The translations under genes were made by a program, and so were the position numbers. This document shows positions 28,320-36,794 of a stretch of DNA of 64,000 nucleotides, piece by piece. Numbering within the stretch: the first letter of the stretch is position 1; every line of letters starts with the position of its first letter. The stretch comes from an uncultured Flavobacteriales bacterium (GTDB lineage Bacteria; Bacteroidota; Bacteroidia; AKYH767-A; 2013-40CM-41-45). The notes beneath the pieces were generated by a model. It made no database searches. It was not told the DNA's origin and saw only the letters and a program-made list of their open reading frames with translations. The stretch covers positions 38,057 through 102,056 of the forward strand of contig CAYHHK010000001.1 of the NCBI GenBank assembly GCA_964356415.1, written 5' to 3'.

Positions 28320-28904
28320 TTATTTTCCATTAGCAATACGATCAAGAGTTTTATAAGATGATTTATAGTTCATCCAGATATAAACGGCCCAAACAATACC
28401 AAGTATTTGAATACCTGAATAGGCAAGGGCATTTGAAATATTTTCAAAAGAGTAGGTGCCGTTTATGACATTATAGTAAATAAAGAAAAAGGGAATACAG
28501 ATTGTTGCCGACAAAATACGAACCCAAGCCGTAAAGAATCTCCCGATACTTATAAGGAATAATGCGGGCAATAATGGCAAAATAATGGTCGCCATTTTAT
28601 CTTCATTGATGGCATTGAAGGCACTGGAAGCAAAAGAAACACCGTAGGCAATTCCTAAAAGAACGAAACCCGAAGGTACGATGTGTAATCCTTTTGTGCC
28701 GATGTATCTGCTTGCCAGAATGCTTGCCATTATTGCAGATGCATCGCCTATCTGCCAGCAAGACATTTGCCAAAAGCTTTCGGGCGGAAAAAAAGAACCT
28801 GTTAAACCCATTGCCAGGTTCAAAGCAAAACCGATGCTCATTAAAATTAACAGCAAGCACATTTCAGGATGGCTTTTCACTGCCGGATTATTTTTTTCTT
28901 TCAT
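28320..28904 (-). CDS. hypothetical integral membrane protein (5-6 TM)
   Basis: 194 aa, hydrophobic, with no recognisable motif. It is tightly packed downstream of narK2. Confidence 0.5.
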   Translation of the reverse strand: MKEKNNPAVKSHPEMCLLLILMSIGFALNLAMGLTGSFFPPESFWQMSCWQIGDASAIMASILASRYIGTKGLHIVPSGFVLLGIAYGVSFASSAFNAINEDKMATIILPLLPALFLISIGRFFTAWVRILSATICIPFFFIYYNVINGTYSFENISNALAYSGIQILGIVWAVYIWMNYKSSYKTLDRIANGK

Positions 28905-28986
28905 TCAGAAACATTTAAAGCAGCACTATCTTAATTGCAAACTGATACCTTATATCTTTCAGCACATTCTTACTTTATATTTTCCA

Positions 28987-30723
28987 TTATTTATTATCGA
29001 TTTTCAATACCTTAAGTAATCTCCGGCTGTTTTTATGGTTAAATACGATGAAATACATCCCATTGTCAAGTCCGGGTATTTCAATTTTATGCTTTCCGGC
29101 TGTATTGAATTCGAGCGCACCGGTAAAAATTAGTTTTCCGGTTACATCGGAGAGTTCGCAGCTTATTTTTCCGGCCATCGGAGCAGAAACAGCGAATTCA
29201 AGAAAGTGATTGAAAGGATTGGTAAGTATGGAAATAGTATTCAGCAGACTGTTCATTTCGTTCACACCCACATTCAATATAAAGACGTCTGATAAATACG
29301 TGCAGCCCAAATCATCGGTAAGCTCAACGGTATAGGAGCCATTTAATAAAGGCACATAGGTGCTTGCTGTTGCTCCGGAAATGGCAGTGTCATTCAGAAA
29401 CCACTGATAAGTTCCCGTTCCGGTGGTTTGCAGCAGCGATGCATTGCCCGTTATGTGCGGAACATTTGATTGGGTGATGTAACGTTTCATATTGTTATCA
29501 ATATCGCCTCCGCCAAAAAGCAATCTGTTATTTGGCAATTCAATTGCATCACCCACATAGTCGGAGCCGCCGGGATAAAGATCAATGCTAAGATATCCGT
29601 TGGTTGCAAATGCCGAATCAATGGCTCCGCTTGCCAGCAGTTGGGCAACGCTACCCACAACATTATTTGTTTTACCCATTACCATTATCTTTCCGCTGCT
29701 TAATACTTTTATTCCCCTGCATTCCATTGCTGTAAAAGTCAGGTTTACATGTCCGTTAATTCCGAAAGTAGTATCCAAAATTCCCGATGAAGTGAAGCGG
29801 ATAACTTCAATTCCTTCTGTATCCGGTTCGCGCGTGCAAGCCATTACAATTTTCTCATCGGATTGCATATCCATATATGCATCAGCATAAATATACTTGA
29901 GATTTACCGTATCGGTAAAAACACCTGCAACCGCAAACGTTGTGTCTAAGACGCCGGTCGAGTCAAAGCATACAGCCACAAAATGGGCATTGCTTCCTGC
30001 ATCAAGATAGCGCCCGGCAACAATAATATTTCCGTTCTGAAGCAGCCGCGCCCTTGCAGGGCAGTAAGAAGTATTGATAGCATAGCGCGTTTTTCCATCG
30101 GTGTCGAAGGTGGTGTCTAACGAACCATCACTCATAAAACGCATAGCTCCCATCCCGTGTACACCTCCATTTGCGTTGGCTGAACTCGTTCCCCCGCAGA
30201 GAATTCTGCCGTTCGCCATCGGGATAACGGTGTAAAAAGTTCCGGATGACACCAGGTCAAAGCGCAGCGCATGGGTTCCCGCGTTTGCAAAATTTGTATC
30301 CACGCTTCCGTCAGGATTGTAGCGTGCCACAAACGGTATCTGCTGCGAACCGGCATTACCCGGTGCCTGAATTCCTGCGCACAGGAATTTTCCATCAGCC
30401 TGGAGCGCATAATTACGTCCCATATTGCGCTGGTCAAAACGGTGACCTACAATGCCATTCATTCCGAATGCTGAGTCAATAAGCCCACATTGGTCGAAGC
30501 GTATCATGATGTTATGATAATAATAACTCGAATCGCTGTCGTATCCTCCGGCTACGATTTTTCCATCGGACTGCCGAAGAAAATTGGAGAAATCTTCTGA
30601 ACCGCCTGCATTTACTATCAGCGATGAATTGTGGCCGAACAACGAATCGGGAATCCAGGTTTGTGCAATGGTATTGCTAAACAGACATATTGATGCAATT
30701 AGTATAAGGCACAATGTTTTCAT
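28987..30723 (-). CDS. secreted repeat (delta-60/beta-propeller-like) protein with a T9SS C-terminal sorting domain
   Basis: Signal peptide MKTLCLILIASICLFSNTIAQ, repeated G-x-I/V-xxxG / DxxFG units, and a C-terminal CTD (...GMYFIVF...KVLKI). Confidence 0.7.
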   Translation of the reverse strand: MKTLCLILIASICLFSNTIAQTWIPDSLFGHNSSLIVNAGGSEDFSNFLRQSDGKIVAGGYDSDSSYYYHNIMIRFDQCGLIDSAFGMNGIVGHRFDQRNMGRNYALQADGKFLCAGIQAPGNAGSQQIPFVARYNPDGSVDTNFANAGTHALRFDLVSSGTFYTVIPMANGRILCGGTSSANANGGVHGMGAMRFMSDGSLDTTFDTDGKTRYAINTSYCPARARLLQNGNIIVAGRYLDAGSNAHFVAVCFDSTGVLDTTFAVAGVFTDTVNLKYIYADAYMDMQSDEKIVMACTREPDTEGIEVIRFTSSGILDTTFGINGHVNLTFTAMECRGIKVLSSGKIMVMGKTNNVVGSVAQLLASGAIDSAFATNGYLSIDLYPGGSDYVGDAIELPNNRLLFGGGDIDNNMKRYITQSNVPHITGNASLLQTTGTGTYQWFLNDTAISGATASTYVPLLNGSYTVELTDDLGCTYLSDVFILNVGVNEMNSLLNTISILTNPFNHFLEFAVSAPMAGKISCELSDVTGKLIFTGALEFNTAGKHKIEIPGLDNGMYFIVFNHKNSRRLLKVLKIDNK

Positions 30724-30732
30724 AATGTTAAA

Positions 30733-31689
30733 TTATTTATCCTTTTTCACCATCTCATCTAAGTAGTCGAGCATTAATCTTGAAAGACGGGAAATAAAAA
30801 TTTCATATCCACCATAATTCTTGCTCACAAATTCTTCTTTTTTCCCCAATACAATAAATGGTGTGTTGGTGTAATAGGACTGCCCGTCATAAAGCAGTCC
30901 CGTGCAATATGCCCTGCCCGGATAAATGCCACCTTCAACTTTTGGAACCGGATTTTGTCCGTAGAGATTAAGATGAAGCTCCGTAAAATCGTATCCTTTT
31001 TTTCCTACCACTTGTGATTTATTTGTAACCAGCAAAACTGCATCCACACCCAATCCTTTGGTAAGTTCTCCCATGCTTTGCATAAATTTATACTCCATTG
31101 GAAGTTCTGCAGGAATAAATCGAAATCCACCTGCAACTGCCGATAAGTTTTCCGACTTATTCAATATGCCTTTGAATATCCCTGAAACCTCAGGTTCAAA
31201 ATCGTTGTAGAATTTTTGTTTCTCGGGGGTATCTAAAAACTGGTCGGGCAACAATAGCTGAACACCCCTGTCGGAAAATGTTTTTACCAAGGAGTCTTTA
31301 CACTGAACAAAAAAATCAGTTGCCACTTTGCTAGCACCATCCTTTGTGAGATTTTTTGTGTAAGTAGTTGCATGTTCCACTTCGTAAAGACCAACACCGC
31401 TCGAACCAACAGCATATTCCTGAGTGGTATATCGTTTTACTTCGGTGAATGGTTTGTCGTAAACATAAAAAGTTACGAGCGCAATCCGCTTGGGAATTTG
31501 TCCGTTGAACGCCGGCCAATACGGGCCTGTTTGCCCTTTCTTGTCTCCCTTTGGAGGATGATTTTGAACGGCTGCTTTGCCAAATGACTTGTCGCTTGAT
31601 TTGGCAATTTCATCAAATGCACCTTGAGCATTTACCTTAATCACAAAGGCAAATGATATTGAAAATAACAATAAAAACCTGTGCAGCAT
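30733..31689 (-). CDS. hypothetical secreted/periplasmic protein
   Basis: 318 aa with signal peptide MLHRFLLLFSISFAFVIKVNAQ and no recognisable domain. Confidence 0.5.
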   Translation of the reverse strand: MLHRFLLLFSISFAFVIKVNAQGAFDEIAKSSDKSFGKAAVQNHPPKGDKKGQTGPYWPAFNGQIPKRIALVTFYVYDKPFTEVKRYTTQEYAVGSSGVGLYEVEHATTYTKNLTKDGASKVATDFFVQCKDSLVKTFSDRGVQLLLPDQFLDTPEKQKFYNDFEPEVSGIFKGILNKSENLSAVAGGFRFIPAELPMEYKFMQSMGELTKGLGVDAVLLVTNKSQVVGKKGYDFTELHLNLYGQNPVPKVEGGIYPGRAYCTGLLYDGQSYYTNTPFIVLGKKEEFVSKNYGGYEIFISRLSRLMLDYLDEMVKKDK

Positions 31690-31787
31690 TTTGAAGTATT
31701 TTTTAATTCTTATCGTTTAATTCTTATCGATTGATTTTATTTTCATGCTGTTACACAATGAATGATATTGACCTTTCGTTTTAGCAT

Positions 31788-32420
31788 CTACAAGTCATAT
31801 CGAAATATCGGATCAATGTCGTCAGCTGAGTTTAGTCTGTAGTCAAGGTCTTTGATCAGGCCGGTGGTGCAGTCAAAAACCCAGGAATGAATCTGAAGGG
31901 AGCTGTTTTTCCATGCCCGCTGCACAATCCGCGTTTTCGCAAGGTTGTTAGTCTGTTCTATTACGTTCAACTCGACCAGTCGATTTTCCCTTTTTTTAAT
32001 ATCCTTTATTTTCTCAAGCAATTTTCGATGTTTCGCATATACCTCTTTAATGCTTCTGAGCCAGTTATTCACAAAACCAAAATCTTTATTTTGCATGGCT
32101 GCATTTACTCCGCCACAAGCATAATGGCCACAAACAATCACATGCTTTATATGCAGGATATCCACTGCGAAATATAGTACACTGAGCAAATTCATATCCG
32201 TTTGTATTACCACGTTGGCAATGTTACGATGAACAAAAATTTCTCCCGGACGGGTTTTTGTAACTTCATTCGCTGGCACCCGGCTATCAGAACAACCAAT
32301 CCAAAGGTATTCCGGTGATTGTCCTTTTGAGAGTTTGTTGAAGAAGTCAGCATCCTCTTTTCGCTTTAGGGCAGACCACTCACGATTGTTTCTTAATAGT
32401 TTTTGTGAACTGTCATTCAT
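31788..32420 (-). CDS. beta-class carbonic anhydrase
   Basis: Zinc-ligand motifs CSDSR and HxxCGG (HYACGG) at the expected spacing. Confidence 0.85.
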   Translation of the reverse strand: MNDSSQKLLRNNREWSALKRKEDADFFNKLSKGQSPEYLWIGCSDSRVPANEVTKTRPGEIFVHRNIANVVIQTDMNLLSVLYFAVDILHIKHVIVCGHYACGGVNAAMQNKDFGFVNNWLRSIKEVYAKHRKLLEKIKDIKKRENRLVELNVIEQTNNLAKTRIVQRAWKNSSLQIHSWVFDCTTGLIKDLDYRLNSADDIDPIFRYDL

Positions 32421-32445
32421 CTATTGTAATATTGAAGTTGCCTGC

Positions 32446-32895
32446 TCATGGGGCAGGTCTTTTAAAATCAATCCTGCCTTTATCCGGATGTTGTTTTGAA
32501 TAGCGCACAAAATATTTTCCTCCGGGAACAACAATACTATCCTTTGAGATGGGATGAAAAGTATTGCAATTGCTATAGCTGACACCGTCTGCTTCATATT
32601 GAAATTCAACGCCTTCACCTCGAGCAAATGCATCGCAATAGCCTGATGTAATTCCGGTGGTGTATTGAGGATTTTTCAGCAGTGATGCTTCCTCACGGTA
32701 TTCATTGAAAACAAGAATTAATGCAGAAGAAAGGAGCAGGAGAAGGGAAGAGTTGATTGCGAGCCTTATTTTTGACTCACTGCGGAAAATTCTGAATGCA
32801 TTGTAAATAATTCCTGCGCTTAAGACAACGAGAAGAATTGTTTTTACGATTTGACTTGTGAGCAATTCTTCATCGGTAACAATCTTCAGCAACAT
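32446..32895 (-). CDS. hypothetical membrane-anchored protein tightly coupled to narI
   Basis: 149 aa with two N-terminal TM helices and a soluble C-terminal domain. Its start is 3 nt after the narI stop. Confidence 0.5.
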   Translation of the reverse strand: MLLKIVTDEELLTSQIVKTILLVVLSAGIIYNAFRIFRSESKIRLAINSSLLLLLSSALILVFNEYREEASLLKNPQYTTGITSGYCDAFARGEGVEFQYEADGVSYSNCNTFHPISKDSIVVPGGKYFVRYSKQHPDKGRIDFKRPAP

Positions 32896-32898
32896 GGA

Positions 32899-33627
32899 TT
32901 AGTTATTTTTTGGACGATGTAAAGACCATGGAGTGCGGGGACTGCGTACTTTTCTTCTGTCCCAATACCAACGAACCTGCTGAAATGGACGCCAGATGTA
33001 ATTGAATGGCGGTACCAGAAAGTGAACCATTCGGGAGAAAGGAATGAGACCAATAATTGCAAATGCGCCAATGATGTGCAGTTTTACTGTCCATGGTAAT
33101 GGCACAATGGCTGCAATTTCAGGCTGAAGGGTAAAAATGGAGTAGAGGTAAGGAGTAAGCAGTGATGAAAACCATGATGAACCCCAGCGGAAATTATACG
33201 CAATCCACAAGCCAATCACGGTTTGAAAAATCAACAGCAGGTACACTACCAAGTCCATCCTGTTGGTAACGAATTTCAAGCGGGGAGTGGTATAGCGTCT
33301 GATTAAAAGGTTGACCAAACCAGTCAGCATGCTGATTCCGAAAATGAATGCCGTAATTTCCAGAATCATTAAACGGATTGGCTGACTGTTCCAGGCAAGC
33401 ACTCCATGCGGAAACATGAATGCAATAAGATGGCCGCAGAATAGCACAATCACTCCCCAGTGGAAAGGTACTGAACCGTAAAATAGTTTTCTTCCTTCAA
33501 GAAACTGTGAAGAGAGTGATGAGAACTGAAATCCTTTGTAAGTGTAGCGGTAGATTGAACCAACTAAAAAAACAGCGAGCGCCATGTATGGCAGCGCAAT
33601 AAGGAAGAAGTTGTCAAGTGCATTCAT
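32899..33627 (-). CDS. narI: respiratory nitrate reductase gamma subunit NarI (di-heme cytochrome b)
   Basis: 242 aa with 5 TM helices and conserved heme-ligand His residues (HWGVIVLFCGH; HIIGAF..HFLVPPF). Confidence 0.9.
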   Translation of the reverse strand: MNALDNFFLIALPYMALAVFLVGSIYRYTYKGFQFSSLSSQFLEGRKLFYGSVPFHWGVIVLFCGHLIAFMFPHGVLAWNSQPIRLMILEITAFIFGISMLTGLVNLLIRRYTTPRLKFVTNRMDLVVYLLLIFQTVIGLWIAYNFRWGSSWFSSLLTPYLYSIFTLQPEIAAIVPLPWTVKLHIIGAFAIIGLIPFSRMVHFLVPPFNYIWRPFQQVRWYWDRRKVRSPRTPWSLHRPKNN

Positions 33628-33652
33628 AGCTCAATTTTTATTTTGGTTTAAT

Positions 33653-34450
33653 TTATTTTTCCTTTTCAATGATTAATTCTATTTCAATATTTTGTTTAAA
33701 ATCTTTATCGGAAGTTATTCCGGAAGGTGCCTGATCAGTCTGGCAAGAGCATGGATCTTGAGAATCCTCGCAGCCGGTTACATGAACGTTGTCAGTAACA
33801 ACTGTATCGTAACCAAAGTCCTCTTTCATTACAATTAGTAAGGCCTGCAGCAAGGTGAAATATACAGCCCTGTATTGTTGTGAGAATTCCAATAGCACTT
33901 TATGATGCTTTTTGTAGATCTCATCTTTCTTTTTAATCTTTTCCTCTGCGAACTCACTTGTCATCTTAATAATGGCCGACATTACCAAACGGGTGGCAAT
34001 TTCATTGCGCATTGCTTCATCTTTCATTTTCGGAAGGAGCCGGAGCACATTGGGTAAATGATCCGATAATTCAGTGTGGCAAATATTTCCTGCTTCACGG
34101 TGCTCGCGGTTGAGATTTACAAGTAGTTGTCCGCGCTTGTAATCTTCTCCAAAAAGAATAAAGCCAATGTCAAGGGTAGTGATAGCCTGCACATCAAATG
34201 AACGAAGATAAAGCTCCTGCATATCAGTCAATGTTGCCGCATCAAGGAACTCCATAAATAAGTTCATGGCATCCGATGCCTTGGGCGAGTGAACTGATAG
34301 ATATTGATGAATTGCCTTGATTTTTTCTTTGTGAGAGTCTGCTTCAGGATAAATAAAAAGATCAGCAAGCAATTCATAATTGCTAATGGCAACAGGATGG
34401 GGTTCTGTATGCGTTGATTTATTATCCTCTTTGTCCAATACTGATTCCAT
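33653..34450 (-). CDS. narJ: nitrate reductase Moco-assembly chaperone NarJ (TorD family)
   Basis: 265 aa acidic helical TorD/NarJ-like protein in the narH-narI interval. Confidence 0.7.
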   Translation of the reverse strand: MESVLDKEDNKSTHTEPHPVAISNYELLADLFIYPEADSHKEKIKAIHQYLSVHSPKASDAMNLFMEFLDAATLTDMQELYLRSFDVQAITTLDIGFILFGEDYKRGQLLVNLNREHREAGNICHTELSDHLPNVLRLLPKMKDEAMRNEIATRLVMSAIIKMTSEFAEEKIKKKDEIYKKHHKVLLEFSQQYRAVYFTLLQALLIVMKEDFGYDTVVTDNVHVTGCEDSQDPCSCQTDQAPSGITSDKDFKQNIEIELIIEKEK

Positions 34451-34461
34451 ATTTATTATTT

Positions 34462-35184
34462 TTAATTGTTCATTGCCAATTCCATCTCAATTGCTTTCGG
34501 AAACAGGATATTGTTTTCCAGGTGTATATGCTGGTGTAAATCATTTTCAAACTCCTGCAATTTTGCATACGAATATCTGAAGCTATTACATGCATCTTCA
34601 GGAACAGTATAGTTGTTGGTTATTTTTCTTATTTCATTCATTAGAAGCCCAACCATCTCATGCTCATCTTCCATCATGCTTACCGGATTGGCCACTGTGC
34701 CGAATGGCGATTGTATTACCTGACCTGTTTTTTTTGATTCAGCTAGTTTTTTAATGTACGGAAAAAGAACCTGCTCCTCTTTCATCATGTGTTGATTTAA
34801 TTCATCCATTACCTTCACAAACAGACTTGCAGCTTCAATAACTTCAGGATGCTGATGTCCATGAACTCGGGCAACTTTTTGTGTGTATTCAAAAATTGGA
34901 GCCATTGCCTGCACCACATATTTGTGATGAGTCTGGATTATGTAATCTGCTAAAAAATTTAAATCCCATGTATTAAAATCTTGTGACGGAAGTTTGGTGG
35001 AAATTTCTGCCTGATGTAATTCTTTCTCTAATTGTTCCTGGCTGATTCCTTTTTCACGGCAGACTTTGGACAACGATTTCTTTCCTCCGCAACAGAAATC
35101 AATTCCATACTTTTTAAATACTTCTACTTTACGGTAATCCTTGGCTGCTATTTCTCCTACCGAAATTTCTTTTATCATGTTCAT
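34462..35184 (-). CDS. ytfE: iron-sulfur cluster repair di-iron protein RIC (YtfE/ScdA family)
   Basis: N-terminal ScdA_N motif (YGIDFCCGG) followed by a hemerythrin-like di-iron domain with H..E/HxxxE motifs. Confidence 0.85.
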   Translation of the reverse strand: MNMIKEISVGEIAAKDYRKVEVFKKYGIDFCCGGKKSLSKVCREKGISQEQLEKELHQAEISTKLPSQDFNTWDLNFLADYIIQTHHKYVVQAMAPIFEYTQKVARVHGHQHPEVIEAASLFVKVMDELNQHMMKEEQVLFPYIKKLAESKKTGQVIQSPFGTVANPVSMMEDEHEMVGLLMNEIRKITNNYTVPEDACNSFRYSYAKLQEFENDLHQHIHLENNILFPKAIEMELAMNN

Positions 35185-35204
35185 TATTTCAATTTTTAAA
35201 ATGA

Positions 35205-36755
35205 TTATATACCTCTTCTTACTTTACTTTTAATTCCAAATCCGATTTCACCTTTGGCATCACCTGTGAAGTCCATCATTTCAATGGCTTGCTCGCGGTG
35301 CGCGGGCGGGATTACAAAACGGTCTTCAAACTTAGCCAGTGCAGTAAGATAGAATATGCCATCGGCCATTTCAGCAGTAATGCCAGCTTCCCGCAATGCT
35401 TCATCAGCTTTCTCATCGCTTACATCTCCGACAGTTACTCTTCTTCTGTGAATGCGGACAGCCATCAGTTTTTTCCATTTGTCTTTGATTTTTTCTTCAT
35501 CGCCTGCGCTTAATAAGTTTGCGAGGTATTTCAATGGAAAGCGAACCTGGTCGAGTGTTCCCCATAAATCCTTTGTACTTGTATCATAGAGCCAGTTATC
35601 GTCCCAGTATTTTGCGATCGGGTTCATCTTTCCGGCTTGTGCAGAGTTGTCAACTTGTTTAACTGTAGCCATCACAGGTAACAGAGGTGGTACATAAAAA
35701 AGCATTGGCAGCGTACGGAATTCGGCATGTAGTGGTAGTGCAAGTTTCCATTGTTTGACGTACTTGTATACCGGTGAGAATTGAGCCGCATGAATTGTTG
35801 AATCTGCAACGCCATTCATTTTTGCGGCGCGAATAACTTTTTCATCAAACGGATCAAGAATAATATCAAGATGGCGGTCAATCAGATTTTTCTCATCATC
35901 ATTAATTGCAGATTCAATTTTTGATGCATCATAGAGGAGTACACCAAGGTAGCGGATACGACCAACGCACGAGTGCATGCATGCCGGTGCCAGCCCTGCT
36001 TCAAGGCGCGGAAAGCAAAGGATACATTTCTCGGATTTTCCTGTATGCCAATTGTAATAAGATTTTTTATAAGGGCATGCAGTCACACACATTCTCCATG
36101 CACGGCAAACTTCCTGATTGATAAGCACAACACCATCTTCACCGCGTTTATAGAGCGCACCTGATGGACAAGAAGCAACACAGGCCGGATTCAGGCAATG
36201 ATTGCAGATTCTTGGTAAATAGAAGAATGCCATTCTTTCCAGCTGAAACATTACCTCCTGTTCAGCAGCAGAAAGATTTTTTAGATTTGGGTCGTTGCGG
36301 CCAAAATCCGGTGTTCCGCTCAAGTCATCATCCCAGTTTGGTCCCATTTTAATATCAATAGGTTCCCCGGTGATAAGAGATACAGGCCGTGCCGTCGGCT
36401 GATCATTGCCTTCAGGCGCTTCAATAAGATCAAGATACTTGTAAGTAAACGGCTCGTAATAGTCGTCAATTACCGGCATACTCGGATTGTAAAAGATATT
36501 TGTAAGTCCTCGTCTCTTGCCGGCTCCTTTTAGGGATACTTTCCCATTCTCCTTTTGCCATCCGCCCCTATAAATGCTTTGGTCTTCCCATTTTGTAGGG
36601 TAGCCGGTACCGGGCTTTGTTTCGACATTGTTCCACCACATATATTCTGCGCCTTTCCTGTCAGTCCAGATATTCTTACATGCTACTGAGCAAGTGTGAC
36701 AGCCAATACATTTATCGAGGTGAAATACCATTGATATTTGTGAACGAACATCCAT
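35205..36755 (-). CDS. narH: respiratory nitrate reductase beta subunit NarH
   Basis: 516 aa with four Cys clusters (CIGCHTCSVAC; CNHCLNPACVASC; CRAWRMCVTACPY; CILCFPR...) that are diagnostic of NarH. Confidence 0.95.
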   Translation of the reverse strand: MDVRSQISMVFHLDKCIGCHTCSVACKNIWTDRKGAEYMWWNNVETKPGTGYPTKWEDQSIYRGGWQKENGKVSLKGAGKRRGLTNIFYNPSMPVIDDYYEPFTYKYLDLIEAPEGNDQPTARPVSLITGEPIDIKMGPNWDDDLSGTPDFGRNDPNLKNLSAAEQEVMFQLERMAFFYLPRICNHCLNPACVASCPSGALYKRGEDGVVLINQEVCRAWRMCVTACPYKKSYYNWHTGKSEKCILCFPRLEAGLAPACMHSCVGRIRYLGVLLYDASKIESAINDDEKNLIDRHLDIILDPFDEKVIRAAKMNGVADSTIHAAQFSPVYKYVKQWKLALPLHAEFRTLPMLFYVPPLLPVMATVKQVDNSAQAGKMNPIAKYWDDNWLYDTSTKDLWGTLDQVRFPLKYLANLLSAGDEEKIKDKWKKLMAVRIHRRRVTVGDVSDEKADEALREAGITAEMADGIFYLTALAKFEDRFVIPPAHREQAIEMMDFTGDAKGEIGFGIKSKVRRGI

Positions 36756-36794
36756 ATCGTATTGATTTAGTTTAGTTTTTAGTTTGAACGATTT

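Noticed and set aside
32421-32633. 70-aa minus-strand ORF overlapping the 149-aa membrane protein gene in another frame
   Set aside because: It is nested within the longer ORF that is tightly coupled to narI, and it has no start context of its own.
32886-33094. Two ~60-aa minus-strand ORFs inside narI
   Set aside because: Alternative frames of a gene with a clear NarI heme-ligand pattern; spurious.
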